Source: Octopus vulgaris
Lineage: Eukaryota
Assembly: GCA_951406725.2 (NCBI GenBank)
Contig: OX597819.1
Coordinates: 57,784,001 to 57,848,000, forward strand
Reading direction: 5' to 3'
DNA length: 64,000 bases
The first letter of the stretch is position 1. Each line of letters begins with the position of its first letter. Below the pieces are notes generated by a model. That model searched no databases. It was not told where the DNA came from and was given only the letters and a program-made list of their open reading frames with translations. Below are positions 56,331 through 64,000 of this stretch, piece after piece. The position numbers and the translations under genes are program-made.

Positions 56331-57264
56331 GTTTTACTGAAGACTTAAGATGGAGTTCGGTCTCTGATAAAACTTCTAACTACAATAGAACCGGTCACTG
56401 AACTCTTTATTCCTTCAGAGAAAATATAAAATGAGGTAACTATAGTTAGTTTAATAACAATGGCAATTAAACAAGATTTGAAGTTCAAAATGACTCGAGA
56501 GAAAACTCGAATGTGTATTGATCGTAAATATAAATTACTCAATTTGGCATATATATGTGTGTGTGTGTGTGTGTGTGCCAGTGTCCTGGCATGAGCGAAT
56601 GCACGTCCGCCCCATCGTCTTCCTGGGTGCATATCATGTGGTGGATAATAACATGGGCAAAATATTGGAAAAAGGTGAGACTTCCATAGCATTCTCAGTA
56701 CTACAAACGCACTCAACCAGATATTGGTCTGATGGAAAGCTTATACCAAAAAGTTACTGTTCAGATGTAAACAAAATACTAATACGTTGATAATGAAACT
56801 TACTACCATGTTAAAACGTACATAAAAAAATAACTTTTCATCATTCGGAGAACAAGTTGCATTCTATAGCACCTCCCAGGGGTGGAGAAAATTGTAGTTT
56901 GATACCAACCACGCTCGAAACAATCCTTGGTTCTCAGATTCAGACTTCCTGTTTTAACGGGAACTAAATTAAAACCTACTATAAAAATGTCATGTTAATG
57001 TATGTTCCAAAATTAATCTTACTAATGACAGAATTATTTTACCAAAATCTTCATTAGTCAAATTTAATTGAGAAAATGCAGTGTATTTCATGAGTAGTTT
57101 GATAATGAGATCGTTTGGTCAATCCAACAAACTATCACACATACAAAAAAATTAATATATTCTAATTTCATACCAGAAACTTACTTCGTTTACCACATGT
57201 ATTAGATATAATAATACTTCTTTACCAGCAAGAACGACATTTCGGACCGACGACACGAAGAAAA

Positions 57265-57647
57265 AATGTATTTCAAAGCTAAATTTTCTAGCAAATTAAG
57301 ACCAATTAACAATTGCCAAATGTTTAGCGAGATATCCATGCTTGAAAACAACGACGCTTCACTCATCCATCATCAAATCCAAATAAATAATTATATGACT
57401 TATTATGATTCTATCGATAAATGACTAATATAATTTATTGATAGATTGTGCATTACGAGATTACTTATTGATATTTAACGGTTTGAAAGATATTTGCTTC
57501 ACACTCTCCGGAAATCTAGACCCAGTCGAAGTCGATATCTATTTTATGGGAGACGCGTAAACTAATTTACCAGAAATATTTCATTATGCACTACGCAGAC
57601 AAATCGCCGTCAAATCATCGTTGTACCATTTTCACAAAATTTCCCTT

Positions 57648-57650
<3 letters not shown>
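57265..57650. repeat. block A, copy 3 (closest to copy 2; ends in a GATA array)
   Basis: 57451-57650 is nearly identical to 51791-51990. Confidence 0.9.
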
Positions 57651-57721
<71 letters not shown>

Positions 57722-58119
57722 CAATGAGATGGATGGATAGATGCAAGGCAGATAGATAGATAGACAGATAGAGGGTTAGATAGCACGATAGATAGACAGA
57801 GAGAGACAGAGAGAATGCATATATATATATGACATTAATGTTATGAACGCATATGTGTCTGAGGCACGCCCGGCTGTGAGATCATAGGTTCGATTTCCAG
57901 ATCGGCTGTTCGTTGTTTCTTGAACAAAACACTTCATTTCGCGTTGCACCTGTCTACTCAGCTATATGGTTAATCTTGCGACGAAGTGCCATCCAATCAG
58001 ATGGAATGTTGTTCTTCTCTCCTAGCCAGCGGAGTGGCATCATTCGAAAGCTAAAATGATGCGAAGCGCATTGTGATCAGCAATGTATATCAGAATCCAA
58101 TAGTCTGGTCGATCACATG

Positions 58120-58406
<287 letters not shown>

Positions 58407-58483
58407 AATTACGAAAGGGATTTTAAACGCCGATTTTATTCAATACTTTATACAATCAGTATATTTACTGATCACCAAAAATA

Positions 58484-58826
58484 GAAATATTAAATTTCTA
58501 AATATCCCAGAGAGATATAAGTTTACAAAGTCTAGACAGGTATCTTTAGCTAGCAGACCATACTACTCCAGACTGATGACGAGGAAGACTCAGAAACATG
58601 TCTCTGGATGCAGGCCTAGCTGTTGGGGGTGCTTGTCTCCCCTTTATAAACATAAGGACACAGGAAATGTGTCAAAGCCGACAGGAAGCGTTGATGCTTC
58701 CTAGGGCTAAATAGCAGTGGTGCGATTCCCTTTATGGGACTGTCACGTTAAGTTGACAGTATACAACTGCTCTATCGTTCCACCACTACTTATATCTCTC
58801 TGATATATTTAGAAATTTGATATTTA
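58484..58826. mobile_element. small element with ~37 bp inverted ends enclosing the hammerhead (Penelope-like remnant)
   Basis: aatattaaatttctaaatatcccagagagatataagt vs acttatatctctctgatatatttagaaatttgatatt. Confidence 0.65.
58567..58608 (+). ncRNA. minimal type I hammerhead ribozyme
   Basis: tccaga-CTGATGA-cgaggaagactca-GAAA-catg-TC-tctgga. 6 bp stem I, canonical core, palindromic acatgt stem III and GUC cleavage triplet. Confidence 0.85.
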
Positions 58827-59057
58827 TACGTATATATATATAACTATACACACGCACATACACTCACACACAAATTCACACACAAACATATATGCATTCA
58901 TATATATATGTTACTGTTATTTAAACATATATATATATAAACAGTAAATACGTGAAAGCAAATTTAGTATAGATATTGATAATATAGAGCAGTGCTCTTT
59001 ATCATCAATATATTTGCACATATCAATATATATACATATAGTTGTATTTATATAGTA

Positions 59058-59487
59058 TAAAGTTTATTTGCCAACATAATGTCCCGGTTGGGACGAATGT
59101 TACTGTTATTTAAATTCAGGGAACATCGTCTCCAGCTGGCTATACGATACACTATATGTATCCTTATATTTTCGAACAGGGGAGTTCAGCATCCCTACTC
59201 TGCACAGAGCAATATCTGGGGATCACGGTTTCTGGGTTATTTATTTTACTCAGCCTCCTTTGGCTGGCTAGTCAAACAGTTATTCTGTGCTAAGAGAAAT
59301 AACTCAGAAACCGCGGTCTACAGATATTATTGTGTGTTGAGTGAGGCTGCTGAACTCTCCTGTTCGAAAATATAAGGACACAGATAGTGTGTCATATAGC
59401 CAGCTGGTAACGATGTATCCTTTGGTTAAATAACAATAACCTTCTTTCCAACCGGGACTGCCACATTATGTTGGCAAATAATCTTTA
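59058..59487. mobile_element. foldback MITE with ~190 bp imperfect inverted arms
   Basis: Pairs ttatttgccaacataatg/cattatgttggcaaataa, ccagctggctata/tatagccagctgg and tccttatattttcgaacagg/cctgttcgaaaatataagga. TA at both ends. Confidence 0.8.
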
Positions 59488-59567
59488 CTTTAAAGTACTG
59501 TTACTGAATGTCTTTCGTTGAGAGATTTAGAAATAACAATGTTGCTACACACTCACACACACACACA

Positions 59568-59631
<64 letters not shown>

Positions 59632-59704
59632 GCAACATTATTATTCCTAAATCTCTCAACGTTTATGTATATATATCTAAATATATATATATATACAATT
59701 CAAT

Positions 59705-59915
59705 ATGTGATCGCGTATATCGTTGGCAACTTTCTTTCTCCGTCTTCCCTTCCTTGGACCTTGCCTTTTTCTATGTTTCTGACGAAGATCTCCGCTCAAA
59801 ACGTTAAATCCTCCTGTTTTCTTTCCTTTCCTAAGCGTCAATAACACTATACTTGTTCCACGTCCTCGCGTTGTTATGTTTTCTCTTTGTTCATGTTTGG
59901 AGTAACTACATATAC
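59705..59915 (+). mobile_element. Penelope-like terminal repeat, same family as 10980-11185
   Basis: ctatgtttctgacgaagatctccgctcaaaacgttaaa, colinear with 11041-11180. Confidence 0.7.
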
Positions 59916-61192
59916 ATAGATACTTACAAACACACGCACACACACACACGCACACACGCACGCACACACATACACAACACACACACACACATACACACAC
60001 ACACACACATATATATATATAAGCAGTGGGTACGTGAAAGCAAGGTGAGTATAGTATTGGCATTGATGATACAGAGTAGTGTTCACATGGATGGGAACTC
60101 AAACTGCAATTTCTTCATCCGGATTTGGGGCTTCATCATCGAAAATCAGCTATATGAACAGTCTTTATCAAATTGTTAAGGAGGTAGTGAGGTAAACAAT
60201 AGTGTGATGGAGGACCAAATTAGTAGTTCACAGACAAGATGAAGCAATTAAGAACAATAGAAGTGAGGGACAGTATAGCGTGGAGAATAAGTGTTGTGGT
60301 AAGGAAGTGAGGTTTAGTAAGAGAAAGTAGGTGAGTGAAAGAGAATTTTAGCGAAGATAATGAGAAATTATAATGATTTTACATAATGAGCAGAGATTCT
60401 GTAGAATTCGTCTGGAAGCAAATATTACTTCAAAGAATCGATTAAGTATCGAAAGTCACATTCTGGCGTAGTACAGAAAGCGACTTTTAGCAACATAATT
60501 TAAAGGCGTGATGATTTGCGTTGTAGGGGTTCCACTACAAATTATAGACCAGCACAAATATATGGCGTGCTCTGGGTTTTCAGGGGGTGTATATTTTTCT
60601 TAACTGCATTATCTTGTCTATCTATAAACTACTAATTTGGTCCCCCGCTATTTTGAATTAACAACAATATTTCTACGGCCAGAAATTAACTTTCTTTTTT
60701 ATATCTGGTCTTTGTCAAGCAATATTTTCATCTCATATCTCCCCTTAACCACCCTTCTAATTGTGTTTCCTACGCCTTCTCCCCACCTCTTCCTCCCTAC
60801 TACACACTGCTCTCTTTAAATCTTTATATTTGCAAACATTGCAAGAAAATATATATTTGCCACCTTTCTCTTGAGGAGGAACACCTAACTTACTTTCACA
60901 ATTTCATCGGGTCTTGTCGCAGGCAACATGCATATGACGTCATACATGTGTTGCATATGAATAAAGTTATTACGTAAGTTGTCAAATCGTGAAACAGCAG
61001 TCGGGAAAAGTCTATATTTTTTGTCCTTATCATTTTTCTTTATTCTGTTATCTCTATTTTTTATATCCCATGCAAATACACGACAGAAGCCCTCTTGTGT
61101 TTATGTATCTTACAACATGCATACATATACGTAGGCATATATACATACACATAGACATACATATATGTATACATATAGAAAGTGTGAGGGGA

Positions 61193-63227
<2,035 letters not shown>

Positions 63228-63229
63228 GA

Positions 63230-63392
<163 letters not shown>

Positions 63393-64000
63393 AGGAAGGC
63401 AAGGAGGCAGACAGACAGATATACAATGGAAAGAGGAACATGTATCCGTTTAGGAATGTAGTTTGAAAACGCGGCCATGTTCTATACCATTTCAATTTTT
63501 CAGTTAATTGCATAGATTTAAGAATGTTAAAGTCTCCCAATTAGGAATGAATGTTTCTAGGCAGTCGTGTCGTCACCTTCTTGATGAAGTGATGTCGCCG
63601 ACTATTGCTGTTTGTCATTATGTAGGTAGGAGGTCCGATGCGACCGGTGTAGATATTACTGCTATAAGTTGAATAATGTACCTTGAGTTTTATTAAATAG
63701 ACTATTATTTAGGTCTTTGATTTGTTTGCCACAAGCTTATGTCATATAGTTGTTTATACAAGCATTAAGAGTACTACTTGAATTACTAATAATCTCTTTA
63801 CGGCTAGCAAGCTAATAGAATCTTTAGTTTCACAGATAATGCATAGCAAAACCTTCACTATACCATTGTCCTTTAATTATATCATCACTACATGTTGTCC
63901 ACTCAATAGTAAGTACTTTTAATTGCACAAAGATGGCCATTTAATAAACCATTCTAGAAACCGGACGGATCCAGCAGGTGTCAACACATTCTAGAAGAGA

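Overview
AT-rich, repeat-saturated eukaryotic non-coding DNA. The SINE families resemble those I know from Octopus/cephalopod genomes (inference from recall, not a search). No host protein-coding gene is supportable, and almost all listed ORFs are microsatellite or SINE artefacts. The window holds three tRNA-headed SINE families and a young 5'-truncated L1/Tx1-type LINE (61.4-63.2 kb) embedded in a (GATA)n array. It also holds decayed CR1/L2-group, RTE, Helitron, mariner and Penelope (GIY-YIG) remnants and a TTAA-flanked piggyBac-like MITE nested in a mariner. The most interesting signals are: (i) many type I hammerhead-ribozyme-like motifs, including two near-perfect ~157-159 bp-arm palindromes in (TA)n tracts with a hammerhead in each arm; (ii) the apparently GATA-targeted LINE; (iii) an old local tandem duplication (41.5-57.7 kb) whose non-coding cores are better conserved than their flanks.
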